Shown piece after piece: positions 8,767-18,517 of a DNA stretch of 36,933 nt (position 1 is its first letter; each line of letters begins with the position of its first letter). The DNA lies in the IMG/VR virus record IMGVR_UViG_3300030376_002653, positions 1 through 36,933 of that record. The stretch is one strand, 5' to 3'. The DNA is from a virus. Lineage: Duplodnaviria; Caudoviricetes. The notes under the pieces were generated by a model. It was not told the origin of the DNA. It made no database searches and worked only from the letters and a program-made list of their open reading frames with translations. The translations under genes were made by a program, and so were the position numbers.

Positions 8767-9695
8767 CTTGTAAACTTAACGCAGACACAAGCGATGGATT
8801 AAAGATAGTATCAGATACAAGTGGGGAAATAGACCTACAGATTGATGCTTCAACTAAAGTACACATGGCAAGTGATGGCAAAGTAGGTATAGGAACTACA
8901 AGTCCTGCACATATGCTTCATGTAAAAGCAGGTGATTCAAGAGTAAGAACAGAAGAAACGACTGGTAGCACAACATTTGACATGACTAATACATCAAGTG
9001 GACATTTTATAGATTCATCAGGTTCAAATAATCTTACTATCAACAAGCAGGGTGGAGCTGATATGGTATTCAAAACCAATAACACAGAAGCACACAGAAT
9101 AGATAGTTTTAGGCAATTTTTGTTTGGTGGGATTACAAGTGAACTTACAGGTAATGGTGGTTGTTTACAACTAAAAAGCAGAAATGGAAATGAGCATTGT
9201 GCTACATTTAGAAATGGAACATCAGATGGTGGTTTTGGTATTAATTTTCAAAGGACAACTGGTACTGAGGTAGGAAGCATACGTTGGACATCAACTGCAA
9301 CAAACTTTAACACCTCATCAGATTATAGACTAAAAGAAAATGTTACTTATACATTTGATGCAACAACAGAAGTTAAAAAGCTAAAACCTTGCAAATTTAA
9401 TTTTAAAGATGAATCAGAAACAATCGAAGGATTCTTAGCACATGAAGTATCAGATGTTGTGCCAGTAGCAGTATCAGGAACAAAAGATGCTACAAGAGAT
9501 TTAGGCACAGTTAAAGATGCAGATGGTAATGTAATACGAGAAAATGTTGTAGAATCTTCAAAAGAAGATGGACAAACTTGGACAAAAACATCAACAGAAG
9601 ATGTTTATCAATCAATAGACCAAAGCAAACTTGTACCTTTACTAGTCAAAACAATACAAGAATTAGAAGCTAGAATTACAGCATTGGAGAGTTAG
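8763..9695 (+). CDS. Tail fibre/spike with intramolecular chaperone (peptidase S74-like)
   Basis: GKVGIGTTSP; TSSDYRLKENV...GFLAHEV...IDQSKLVPLLVKTIQELEARITALE. Confidence 0.88.
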   Translation: MTCKLNADTSDGLKIVSDTSGEIDLQIDASTKVHMASDGKVGIGTTSPAHMLHVKAGDSRVRTEETTGSTTFDMTNTSSGHFIDSSGSNNLTINKQGGADMVFKTNNTEAHRIDSFRQFLFGGITSELTGNGGCLQLKSRNGNEHCATFRNGTSDGGFGINFQRTTGTEVGSIRWTSTATNFNTSSDYRLKENVTYTFDATTEVKKLKPCKFNFKDESETIEGFLAHEVSDVVPVAVSGTKDATRDLGTVKDADGNVIRENVVESSKEDGQTWTKTSTEDVYQSIDQSKLVPLLVKTIQELEARITALES

Positions 9696-10823
9696 ATGGC
9701 ATTAACATTACATGGTACAGTATCAGATAACACAGTAGTATTAAGTAGACCTAATGCTACACCTATTATTTATAATGGGGATATGTTATTAGCACAAAGA
9801 GGTACGAGTGCTACTAGCATTACAGGTGGTGGCTATCCTACTGTTGATAGATTTTATATGTCTATGTTAAGTGCAGGAACATTTACACAAACACAATCAA
9901 CAGATGTTCCAACAGGACAAGGTTTTACAAAATCGCTTAAATGGGATTGCACAACAGCTAATGGAAGTTTAGGTGCAGGTTCATATCTTTTACCATTGGA
10001 ACAACATTTTGAGGGGCAAGATTTACAATTATTAAGAAAAGGTACATCAAGTGCTAAAGGCATAACTATTGCTTTTTGGATTAAATCTAATTTGACAGGT
10101 AATTTTAATTTAGAAATTTGGGATAGAGAAAACGATAGGCAAATTACAAAAGCTGTTACTATTAATTCAGCAAACACTTGGGAGAAAAAAGTATCAAGTT
10201 TTCCTGCTGATACAACAGGCACATTGACAGCAGATAATTCTAATCGTTTACAAATTGCACTATGGGCAGGTGGTGGCACTAACTTTACTTCAGGTGGTAG
10301 TTTACAAACATCTTGGGGTGCAATCACACACACAAAAAGAGCATACAATACAGTTAATCTTGCAAGTAGCACAGATAACGAATTATATATTACAGGAGTT
10401 CAACTAGAAATTGGTGAGTTTGATTCTAACAGCATACCTGACTTTCAGTTTGAAGATGTAGGTACAAGTCTAGCTAGATGTCAGAGGTATTTTATTAGTC
10501 ATGCAGTTGCAGATGGTACAAGATTAGGTGATGGCATATTTAGAAGCACAACAAGAATAATAGGTAATGTGGATTGTATGGGGTTAGTGCCAAATATGAG
10601 AGCAACACCATCTGTTGCAACAACTATTACTTCGTTTCAAATTTATCATGGCTCAGATACAACTACAAACTGTGCAGCTTCATCAGGTAGTGGTCTTGCT
10701 ATGAGTGGTACTCAAGAGTGCAGAACAGATTTTACATTTTCATCAGGTTCTACAACAGGAGGACTACCTGGAAAGTTAAGAGCAAGTAGTGCAGGTGCTA
10801 TGCAATATGAAGCAGAATTATAG
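9696..10823 (+). CDS. Tail fibre / receptor-binding protein
   Basis: IYNGDMLLAQRGTS...ITGVQLEIG...LARCQRYF. Confidence 0.82.
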   Translation: MALTLHGTVSDNTVVLSRPNATPIIYNGDMLLAQRGTSATSITGGGYPTVDRFYMSMLSAGTFTQTQSTDVPTGQGFTKSLKWDCTTANGSLGAGSYLLPLEQHFEGQDLQLLRKGTSSAKGITIAFWIKSNLTGNFNLEIWDRENDRQITKAVTINSANTWEKKVSSFPADTTGTLTADNSNRLQIALWAGGGTNFTSGGSLQTSWGAITHTKRAYNTVNLASSTDNELYITGVQLEIGEFDSNSIPDFQFEDVGTSLARCQRYFISHAVADGTRLGDGIFRSTTRIIGNVDCMGLVPNMRATPSVATTITSFQIYHGSDTTTNCAASSGSGLAMSGTQECRTDFTFSSGSTTGGLPGKLRASSAGAMQYEAEL

Positions 10824-10831
10824 GAGATATT

Positions 10832-10999
10832 ATGGTAGTAACATCAGCAAAATACTTTAAACACGATAACCAAAATGCAGGAATAAATGCTGAAATAAAT
10901 GGCAAAAAATGGGCAGTTCCACTAGACACAGCAAACACACATTACCAAGCTATACAAGAATGGATAAAATCAGGTAACACAATAGAGGAAGCAGACTAA
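10832..10999 (+). CDS. Small tail-fibre-associated protein, 55 aa
   Basis: AGGAG RBS; VPLDTANTHYQAIQEWIKSGNTIEEAD. Confidence 0.75.
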   Translation: MVVTSAKYFKHDNQNAGINAEINGKKWAVPLDTANTHYQAIQEWIKSGNTIEEAD

Positions 11000-11562
11000 T
11001 GAGTAGTATTAAATTAAAAGGTTCTAGCTCAGGTGAAGCAATTATAACAACGTCTTCTGATGGTAGCACAGTAAATGTTGATAAAAACTTAGTATTACCT
11101 GCAGGACAAAATTTTTGTATAGGTGCAACTGATGATGTAGTTATCGGTAGAGCAACTGATGACAGAATGACTTTCAATACTGGTGGAACTGAAAGAGGAA
11201 GATTTGACGAAAATGGAAATTTTTATTTTAATTCTGGTATAGGTTCGGTTCAGATTGCTTATGGTGTTAGAGCATGGGTAAACTTTGACGGCACGAACAT
11301 GGGGATTAGAGCGAGTGGTAATGTAAGTAGCATAAGTGATAGAGGAACTGGAAAGTTTACAGTCAATCTTTCTGTAGCAGCACCTGATGATGATGGGGCT
11401 GTTTTAGTAACCTCATCAAATAGTTCTACAGCAAGTTCAGGTGAAAAAACCAATGCTACTGGTGTGCAAAACAGCACATCTGCTTTATATATTAATTTAA
11501 GAGATTCTAGCAACAACTCACAAAAAGATTCAAATTACGTTCATGTGGCTTATTTGAGGTAA
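10999..11562 (+). CDS. Short tail fibre-like protein
   Basis: RAWVNFDGT...IRASGNVSSISDRGTGKFTVN domain. Confidence 0.75.
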   Translation: MSSIKLKGSSSGEAIITTSSDGSTVNVDKNLVLPAGQNFCIGATDDVVIGRATDDRMTFNTGGTERGRFDENGNFYFNSGIGSVQIAYGVRAWVNFDGTNMGIRASGNVSSISDRGTGKFTVNLSVAAPDDDGAVLVTSSNSSTASSGEKTNATGVQNSTSALYINLRDSSNNSQKDSNYVHVAYLR

Positions 11563-11564
11563 AT

Positions 11565-11753
11565 ATGGATAAAAGAATAGTATATATAAATGAAGATGGA
11601 ACAATAGGTATTATTATACCTGCAGATATGGGCGAAATGACCATAGAACAATTAGCACAAAAAGATGTGCCAACAGGATTGACTTATCACATTGTAGATA
11701 AATCAGAAATACCAACAGATAGAACTTTTAGGGATGCATGGAAATGGCAATAG
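11565..11753 (+). CDS. Tail-fibre-assembly-like small protein
   Basis: AQKDVPTG...IPTDRTFRDAW. Confidence 0.7.
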   Translation: MDKRIVYINEDGTIGIIIPADMGEMTIEQLAQKDVPTGLTYHIVDKSEIPTDRTFRDAWKWQ

Positions 11754-11980
11754 TAACTGACATAACAAAAGCAAAAGCAATAGTAAAAGAAAAACTAAGA
11801 GCAGATAGAAAACCTTTGCTAGAAGAACAAGACATTCTATATCAAAGAGCATTAGAAACATCTGCTGATACAACAGCTATAGTTACAGAAAAACAAAGAT
11901 TGAGAGATATCACAAACGATGTCGATGCTATGAGTACAGAATCAGCATTAAAAACTAAAATGACAACATTAGAGGGATAA
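11744..11980 (+). CDS. Tail fibre assembly chaperone-like protein
   Basis: KAKAIVKEKLRADRKPLLEEQD...EKQRLRDIT; start 11738 or 11744. Confidence 0.7.
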   Translation: MAIVTDITKAKAIVKEKLRADRKPLLEEQDILYQRALETSADTTAIVTEKQRLRDITNDVDAMSTESALKTKMTTLEG

Positions 11981-11983
11981 CGA

Positions 11984-12709
11984 ATGGGATTAGAAACAGG
12001 AACATATATAGACAGTCTTAACAGCTCAAACCCTACAGCAGGTGATGCCGTATCTGAGGGTGATGACCATTTAAGACTTATTAAATCGACAGTAAAAGCA
12101 ACATTCCCAAATTTATCAGGTGCTGTAACAAGTACACAGGCAGAATTAAATTTACTTGATGGCGTAACAGCAAACACTACAGAACTTAATTATGTAGACA
12201 TAACAACACTTGGAACAACACAAGCGTCAAAAGCCGTAACTGCAGACGCAAACAAAGATATAACTGGCATAAGGAATCTAACAATTACAGGTGCATTATC
12301 AGCAGGTAGTGGGCTTGTAACAATGTCAGACATATATCCTGTAGGAAGTATTTATATAAATGCAGCAGTAACAACTAACCCTGCAACCTTATTAGGATTT
12401 GGAACATGGGCAGCATTTGGTTCAGGCAGAATGATGGTTGGTTATAACGCATCAGATAGTGATTTTGACGCATTACAAGAAACAGGTGGTGCAAAAACAC
12501 ATACATTGACTATTGACGAAATACCATCACATACTCACAACAGACCGAAAGGTTGGAAACCTGCTCCAAACTCGAATGATGTTGATATAACAGGTGGTAA
12601 TGGAGTTAATATTGCAGATAATATGCTAACAGACGCAACTGGTGGTGGACAAGCCCACAGTATTTTAAACCCATACATAGTTGCATATATGTGGAGAAGA
12701 ACTGCGTAA
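11984..12709 (+). CDS. Tail collar/baseplate-like structural protein
   Basis: GDDHLRLIKSTVKATFPN; IYPVGSIYI...NPATLLGFGTW...PYIVAYMWRRTA. Confidence 0.8.
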   Translation: MGLETGTYIDSLNSSNPTAGDAVSEGDDHLRLIKSTVKATFPNLSGAVTSTQAELNLLDGVTANTTELNYVDITTLGTTQASKAVTADANKDITGIRNLTITGALSAGSGLVTMSDIYPVGSIYINAAVTTNPATLLGFGTWAAFGSGRMMVGYNASDSDFDALQETGGAKTHTLTIDEIPSHTHNRPKGWKPAPNSNDVDITGGNGVNIADNMLTDATGGGQAHSILNPYIVAYMWRRTA

Positions 12710-14256
12710 TGGCAACATTTGTAGCACCTGCCCCAAAGGGCATGATAAAAGACACGAATAATACAATAATTCCTTTTGAGTTTTATTCAGAAGCATCTAA
12801 TATTAGATTTGCAGATAGTGCAGCTAAAAAAATAAAAGGACATGATATTGTTTTTGGAACACCTACAGTTGCCCCTTATTTTGTTATTAATTGGTCTTAT
12901 GGAACTAACTCTTACTGGTTTTATGCTGGTACAGCAAAAATTTATAGATTGAGTGGAAGCTCAACACATACAGATTTTACAAGAGCATCAGGTGGAGATT
13001 ACTCAACTAATCTAACAGCAATAGGAAATTGGACAGGAACTATTTATAATGGTCTACCTATTTTATGTAATGGAGTAGATGACCCACAAGCATTGTCTAC
13101 AACAGGAGCTAGTGCATTTGCAGATTTACCTAACTGGATATCTAATGGTACGTGCAAAACAATAAAAGCATATGGCAACTATTTGATGGCATTAAATTTA
13201 ACGGAAGGTGGCACAAACTTACCTAATAAAGTTAGATGGGGAGATACTGCTGAAGATTTTAGTTACCCTTCTACTTGGACTGCTGGTGCTACGAATGACG
13301 CTGGTGCTGTAACATTAGGCGATGAAGCAGATGAGATTATAGATGGTCTTGCATTAAAAGAATCATTCATAATTTATAAAGGTAATTCTACTTGGATTGC
13401 AAATTATATAGGTGGTAATTTAGTTTTTAGTTTTAAAAAACTTTTTAATGATACAGGAGTTTTAACTAGAAATTGTATAGAAGAATTTGATGGAAAACAT
13501 TTTGTAGTAACTCAAGGTGATGTAATTGTACACAATGGCGTATCTAAACAATCAGTTGCAACAAATTCTATAAAAAAACATTTATTCGATGACATAAGCG
13601 ATGCTTATTACCAATTGACTTTTGTTACACATAACGTACAACAATCAGAAATGTGGATATCTTATCCTAGTATAGGTTCTGAATTTTGTAATAAAGCGTT
13701 AATTTACAATTATGTTGATGGGAGTTTTACTTTTAGAGACTTGCCTAACATTTATCATATTGGTCCTGGAGTGGTAGATACAGGTGCAACTACTGTTGTA
13801 TGGTCAGGACAGAGTGCAACATGGACAAGTTATTCAGGAACATGGGGAGATAGGAGTTTTAATCCTACAGAAAGAAGCATTCTTATGGCAGGTGTAGCAG
13901 ATACTAAATTGTATCGTGGTGATTTTGGACAACAGTTTTCAGGAGAAAATTTTATATCTACAGTAGAACGTAAAGGCTTAACATTAGACGGAAACAACAA
14001 TACAGTAAAACAAGTTAGAAAAATTACACCTAGAGTTAAAGGCACAGGTTCAGTAAATATTTTAGTAGGAAGTTCTATGTCGCCTAATGGAACATACACT
14101 TTTGGTAGTCCACAATCATTTGACCCTAACTCACAAAATAAAGTAGACTGTAGAGTAACTGGCAAATTTATAGCAATAAGGTTTCAACATACTTCTAATA
14201 GTGAGTTTGAATTAAATGGCTATGACTTAGAGTATGAAGTTTTAGGAGAAAGATAA
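12709..14256 (+). CDS. Tail nozzle / packaged-DNA stabilisation protein (P22 gp10/T7 gp12-like by position and size)
   Basis: TAATG-coupled start at 12709; about 515 aa, beta-propeller-like composition. Confidence 0.7.
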   Translation: MATFVAPAPKGMIKDTNNTIIPFEFYSEASNIRFADSAAKKIKGHDIVFGTPTVAPYFVINWSYGTNSYWFYAGTAKIYRLSGSSTHTDFTRASGGDYSTNLTAIGNWTGTIYNGLPILCNGVDDPQALSTTGASAFADLPNWISNGTCKTIKAYGNYLMALNLTEGGTNLPNKVRWGDTAEDFSYPSTWTAGATNDAGAVTLGDEADEIIDGLALKESFIIYKGNSTWIANYIGGNLVFSFKKLFNDTGVLTRNCIEEFDGKHFVVTQGDVIVHNGVSKQSVATNSIKKHLFDDISDAYYQLTFVTHNVQQSEMWISYPSIGSEFCNKALIYNYVDGSFTFRDLPNIYHIGPGVVDTGATTVVWSGQSATWTSYSGTWGDRSFNPTERSILMAGVADTKLYRGDFGQQFSGENFISTVERKGLTLDGNNNTVKQVRKITPRVKGTGSVNILVGSSMSPNGTYTFGSPQSFDPNSQNKVDCRVTGKFIAIRFQHTSNSEFELNGYDLEYEVLGER

Positions 14257-14516
14257 TGGCAGAAGCACCTAGATATTCACCTAACCCTGTACCTAGTAAT
14301 CCTGAAGATTTACCTAGATATATCTTCGAGGAACTTACTAAGCTACAAGGTGCATTAGAAGAAAATCCAACAACATTTATAGAAGTAACAAACGCAACGC
14401 CTATTAGAAAAAAACAAGGAGATATCGTTTATGCTGATGGCTCTAACTTTAATCCTGGTAGTGCAGGTGAGGGCATATACTTTGTAAACGCAGCAGGTAA
14501 CTATACTAAGTTATGA
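14256..14516 (+). CDS. Hypothetical tail protein
   Basis: GDIVYADGSNFNPGSAGEGIYF; coupled. Confidence 0.7.
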   Translation: MAEAPRYSPNPVPSNPEDLPRYIFEELTKLQGALEENPTTFIEVTNATPIRKKQGDIVYADGSNFNPGSAGEGIYFVNAAGNYTKL

Positions 14517-14941
14517 TATACGTTAGTGGTATAAAGTCTAAAAAAATTCCTGATATTTGGAATCTTTGCAAACAATACGTTGAAATGGGAAACAACAAAA
14601 GCAAAGAAGAAATGAATATAGACGATATATATGAAAGATTAATTAATGCAGAAATGCAGTTATGGGTAGTTTTTGACGAAAACGATGACATAAAATCTGT
14701 CGTAACAACAGAAGTAATAAACTATCCTAGAAAAAGAACATGTAGAATAGTAACGCTTGGAGGGCGTGGACTCGATAATTGGGTTGACGAAGTACTAGAT
14801 GTTCTAGAAGGGTGGGCAATCGAAAATGGTTGTGTTGCTATGGAAACTGCATGTCGCAAAGGTTTTATAAAAAAACTTGAAAAGTATGGATATGAACATG
14901 CTTACACAATATTAGGTAAAGAATTAACAACATTACATTAG
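14513..14941 (+). CDS. GNAT-fold-like protein
   Basis: Position between nozzle and ejection genes; C-terminal RKGFIKKLEKYGY. Confidence 0.6.
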   Translation: MIYVSGIKSKKIPDIWNLCKQYVEMGNNKSKEEMNIDDIYERLINAEMQLWVVFDENDDIKSVVTTEVINYPRKRTCRIVTLGGRGLDNWVDEVLDVLEGWAIENGCVAMETACRKGFIKKLEKYGYEHAYTILGKELTTLH

Positions 14942-14950
14942 AGGTAAATT

Positions 14951-15877
14951 ATGAGTAAAGGAAGTGGTGGTGGTGGTGGCACACAAGTCACAAGAATAGA
15001 ACCATCTACGATAGCAGCACCTTATTTAAGTGGCTTATATTCTGACGCTAGAAATTTGTACAATCAAGGTGGTCCACAAGTATTTCAAGGACAAACATAT
15101 GCTAATCCTACAGACACGCAATTACTAGGTGAAAACCTAGCAATGATGAACGCATTAGGACCACAAGCAATGACTGCACAAAATTTAACTAACGCACAAA
15201 ACTTTGCATTGGCTGGTCCAGCAAACTTAGCTAGTAATCCTTATCTTGCAGATGCAACAGAAGCAGCTATTAGACCTCTATACTCACAAGCACAAGGTCT
15301 GTTACAACAAGCAAGAAGAGATGCAAACTCAGCAGGACAGTTGGGTGGTGATAGACAAGCAATTTTAGAACAAGGAGTTATAGGAGACTATTTACAACGA
15401 GCAGGTGATATTACATCTACTATGTATAGTGACGCATATAACAATGCACTATCCAACCAAGCAAAAGCTATTGGTTTAGCTCCAAGCACATTATCTAGCA
15501 TGTCTGCCCCTGCTACATCGTTGATGGCATTAGGTGGCGTACAACAAGCTAGAGACCAATTAGCGATAGATGATGCGAGAGCAAGATTTGAAGCTGAACA
15601 GGCAAGACCATATTCTAACCTAGCAGCCTATCAAGGTATTGTAGGTGGTGACGCATTAGGTAAAACTATGACAGCCTCTATGCCTGGACAATCGCCTTCT
15701 TTTGGACAAAGAGCATTAGGTGGAGCAGCTGCAGGTTTAGGTGCATATCAATTAGCAGGATTAACTACAGGTGCAGGTGCAGCAGCAGCCCCTGTTTTTG
15801 GTCCAGCAATAGCAGGAGCTGCAGGACCTATAGGACTCGCAGTTGGTATAGGGTCAGCATTAGGATTATTTGATTAG
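14951..15877 (+). CDS. Internal virion / DNA ejection protein
   Basis: MSKGSGGGG start; A/Q/G-rich; hydrophobic Gly-rich C-terminus. Confidence 0.7.
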   Translation: MSKGSGGGGGTQVTRIEPSTIAAPYLSGLYSDARNLYNQGGPQVFQGQTYANPTDTQLLGENLAMMNALGPQAMTAQNLTNAQNFALAGPANLASNPYLADATEAAIRPLYSQAQGLLQQARRDANSAGQLGGDRQAILEQGVIGDYLQRAGDITSTMYSDAYNNALSNQAKAIGLAPSTLSSMSAPATSLMALGGVQQARDQLAIDDARARFEAEQARPYSNLAAYQGIVGGDALGKTMTASMPGQSPSFGQRALGGAAAGLGAYQLAGLTTGAGAAAAPVFGPAIAGAAGPIGLAVGIGSALGLFD

Positions 15878-15887
15878 GAGATAAATT

Positions 15888-17522
15888 ATGGTTGCATTTG
15901 TACCAACATTAGTTCAATTAAGTTACGCAGGGCTAAGGTCTATTATGTCGAAATATGGCAGAAATAGAATAGCAGGAATAATGAAAGAACTTAAAGTAGA
16001 TAAAGCTACTGCACGTAAAATAAACGAAACTTATCAAAAGGTAACAAAAAAAGGAGATGTTACTCAGAAACTAGGTGGAAAAAATGTTGTTAGTAACAAA
16101 AATACTGTTAGCGTAAGAGTTGATAAACCACAAGCAGATGTTTTAAAAGGTAATCCTATAACAAGTATAGGAGGGACAGGGCAAAAAAGAAATCTTATTG
16201 GAACGCAACAGACAACGCAAAACAGGACTACGCCTGATAGTGTTAGAAAAAGTTTTGGATTTCCTAGTGCTAATGGACAAGGGTTTTTTGCATCAGCTAG
16301 AGACGCAGGTAGACAAGGCATGGGATTTTTATCAAGCCCTACTGGTTTGACTGTTGGTAGTTTAGGTTTATTAGGATATGCAGGTATGGACGCAGCAAAT
16401 CCTGACCAAGTTGTACAACAAGGAAATGTATCGCCTGATTCTCAACTAGTTACTGTGCAAAATCCTGATGGAAGCACATCGACTAGATTAATGTCGACAG
16501 CAGGTGGTGGTAGTTCTTACAGAGACCAAGTAAGGAGTGGGCAAATAGATTTACCTATGACAGAAAAGTCTTATAATGAATTTAAAAAACAACTTAACAT
16601 TTTTAATGCAAATTCTAGTGCATTTGATAGAGCAACCTCTTCATTAACAGGTAACGAGTCTGACCCTAGAAACAAACCTCAGTTTGCTAATGAAGCAGCA
16701 TTGTATCGACTAGAAATAGACAGTAGACCTGAAAATGCTGGTAAATTTGAAATAGCTTTTAATGCAATGAAAGATGTAGAAAAACAAGCAACAACTCCTG
16801 ACGCACCTTCTTTTTCAGTAGAAGACGCAAGAAAACAAATTCTTTCTGGAGCAGGTTTAACAAACCAAGACATACCTGAACCTAGATTTGGCGATAAAAC
16901 AGGACCTAATCAATTTGAACTCGTTAAAGGTGATGATAGAAACTTCCTTGAAAGAACATTAGGTATCGGCACTCCTGGAGTGTATGTAAGAAAAATATAT
17001 GACAATGAAACAGGAACATATAAAACTCCTGATGTTGGAGATGCTGGTTATCAAGAATTTACAGAAAGCGATTTGTCTTCAGGCATGACTACAAATAATG
17101 CGTCTAATGTAATGATACAAGACCCTACATCAGGTATACAAAGTGTTGCTAATAGAAACCCACAACCTGTAAACGTAGGTGAAGATATTCTTAATGCAGA
17201 AGGCAAAGTTATTGGTACACAAGGACCTATTACAAGCACTACTGTAACACCTGATATAACTACATTAGTTAGAGGACAAGGTGGAGAAACTTTAATAAAA
17301 GACCAACCAAGCATAGCTGGTAACGTATCTAATCAAGCACAGATATTTGGTCTAGCTAATTATTTAAGTTCTTTAGCACAAAACAACAATACTTTTATGG
17401 GACAACAACCAGGTTTTAACACAGGTTTTCTTGCAAGACCACCTATGCAACAATTCTATGGTACTAGAAGACCTGGATTATTTGATAAAGAGTTTTATGG
17501 AACAAGAATTGGATTTTTTTAG
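15888..17522 (+). CDS. Putative internal virion protein
   Basis: AGGAG RBS; 544 aa; ejection-module position. Confidence 0.6.
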   Translation: MVAFVPTLVQLSYAGLRSIMSKYGRNRIAGIMKELKVDKATARKINETYQKVTKKGDVTQKLGGKNVVSNKNTVSVRVDKPQADVLKGNPITSIGGTGQKRNLIGTQQTTQNRTTPDSVRKSFGFPSANGQGFFASARDAGRQGMGFLSSPTGLTVGSLGLLGYAGMDAANPDQVVQQGNVSPDSQLVTVQNPDGSTSTRLMSTAGGGSSYRDQVRSGQIDLPMTEKSYNEFKKQLNIFNANSSAFDRATSSLTGNESDPRNKPQFANEAALYRLEIDSRPENAGKFEIAFNAMKDVEKQATTPDAPSFSVEDARKQILSGAGLTNQDIPEPRFGDKTGPNQFELVKGDDRNFLERTLGIGTPGVYVRKIYDNETGTYKTPDVGDAGYQEFTESDLSSGMTTNNASNVMIQDPTSGIQSVANRNPQPVNVGEDILNAEGKVIGTQGPITSTTVTPDITTLVRGQGGETLIKDQPSIAGNVSNQAQIFGLANYLSSLAQNNNTFMGQQPGFNTGFLARPPMQQFYGTRRPGLFDKEFYGTRIGFF

Positions 17523-17533
17523 AGGTATAAATT

Positions 17534-18514
17534 ATGAGTATGTTTGATGATATAGCGTTAGTAGGAAGCAGGTTAGGTAGTTTTTTTGACGAAGACAACC
17601 AGCAAAAAATAGAACCTACAGTACCTAGCAGTATAAATGTATCTGATGTCGCAGGATATTTTAATCCTAAATTACATTTATTAGATGGTTTAGCTACAGG
17701 TCAGTTGACGCAAGAGTCTTTAAATAAATACAAAGAAGCAAAAGGTATACAAGACTTGTTTAAAGTAGCTTCAGAAGCTAGTTATACAGGTACAAAAAAG
17801 AACCCTTTTGAAACATCAGGACAAGCAATATCAAGAGCCTTAGATGCACCTACAGATGATAGCAAAACATTTGATGCTATTAGCAGAGCAAGGGTTGCAA
17901 GTGCAACATTTTTTGATAAAACAAATGCAGAACAAACACCTATAGTTTCTTCAAGAAGAGATTACGATGCACAAACACAAAAAAACGATGCTCTTATTCC
18001 TGAAGCCTTCGGTGCTTTTGACCAATTACAAATGGGAGCTGCGAGAGTAGGTTCTTATTTAGGTGTCGATAAAATTGTAGGACCATTCGAATCGAACTTA
18101 GCTTTAGCAGCAAGAGAAGGCTTGAATAGAGACATTCTTGCTATTGGAGCAAGTTTATACTCAGGTAGACCTTCTAAATTCTTGTTAGAACAAATACAAA
18201 AAACAATACCTGTTGGAGCTTCTGAAGGAGATGATTTAGCTTATTCTAAATATGTACAAGCAAAAAATATATTTAGAGACCAAATTAGACAAATGGAAGG
18301 TTTAAGAAACAATGCAAAAACTAAAGCTAAAAGAATTGAGTTTGAAAATAAACTTGGAGACCTCAACTATATGGTAGACAGACTTAGCGTTGTTACAGGT
18401 GCTTTTGAAAAAGCAGGAACTGGTAGAAAAGAATTTTATGAAAGCGAAGGTATGTTTGGTGGTGAGTTTACAGAACAAGATTTAAATGATTTAAATAATT
18501 ATTTTGAGCAATAA
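17534..18514 (+). CDS. Putative internal virion protein
   Basis: GAGG RBS; helical; position. Confidence 0.6.
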   Translation: MSMFDDIALVGSRLGSFFDEDNQQKIEPTVPSSINVSDVAGYFNPKLHLLDGLATGQLTQESLNKYKEAKGIQDLFKVASEASYTGTKKNPFETSGQAISRALDAPTDDSKTFDAISRARVASATFFDKTNAEQTPIVSSRRDYDAQTQKNDALIPEAFGAFDQLQMGAARVGSYLGVDKIVGPFESNLALAAREGLNRDILAIGASLYSGRPSKFLLEQIQKTIPVGASEGDDLAYSKYVQAKNIFRDQIRQMEGLRNNAKTKAKRIEFENKLGDLNYMVDRLSVVTGAFEKAGTGRKEFYESEGMFGGEFTEQDLNDLNNYFEQ

Positions 18515-18517
18515 AAT

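Noticed and set aside
6805-12709. Diversity-generating retroelement or invertible tail-fibre cassette
   Set aside because: No reverse transcriptase or invertase ORF, and I saw no template/variable repeat pair or inverted cassette. A self-alignment would confirm this.
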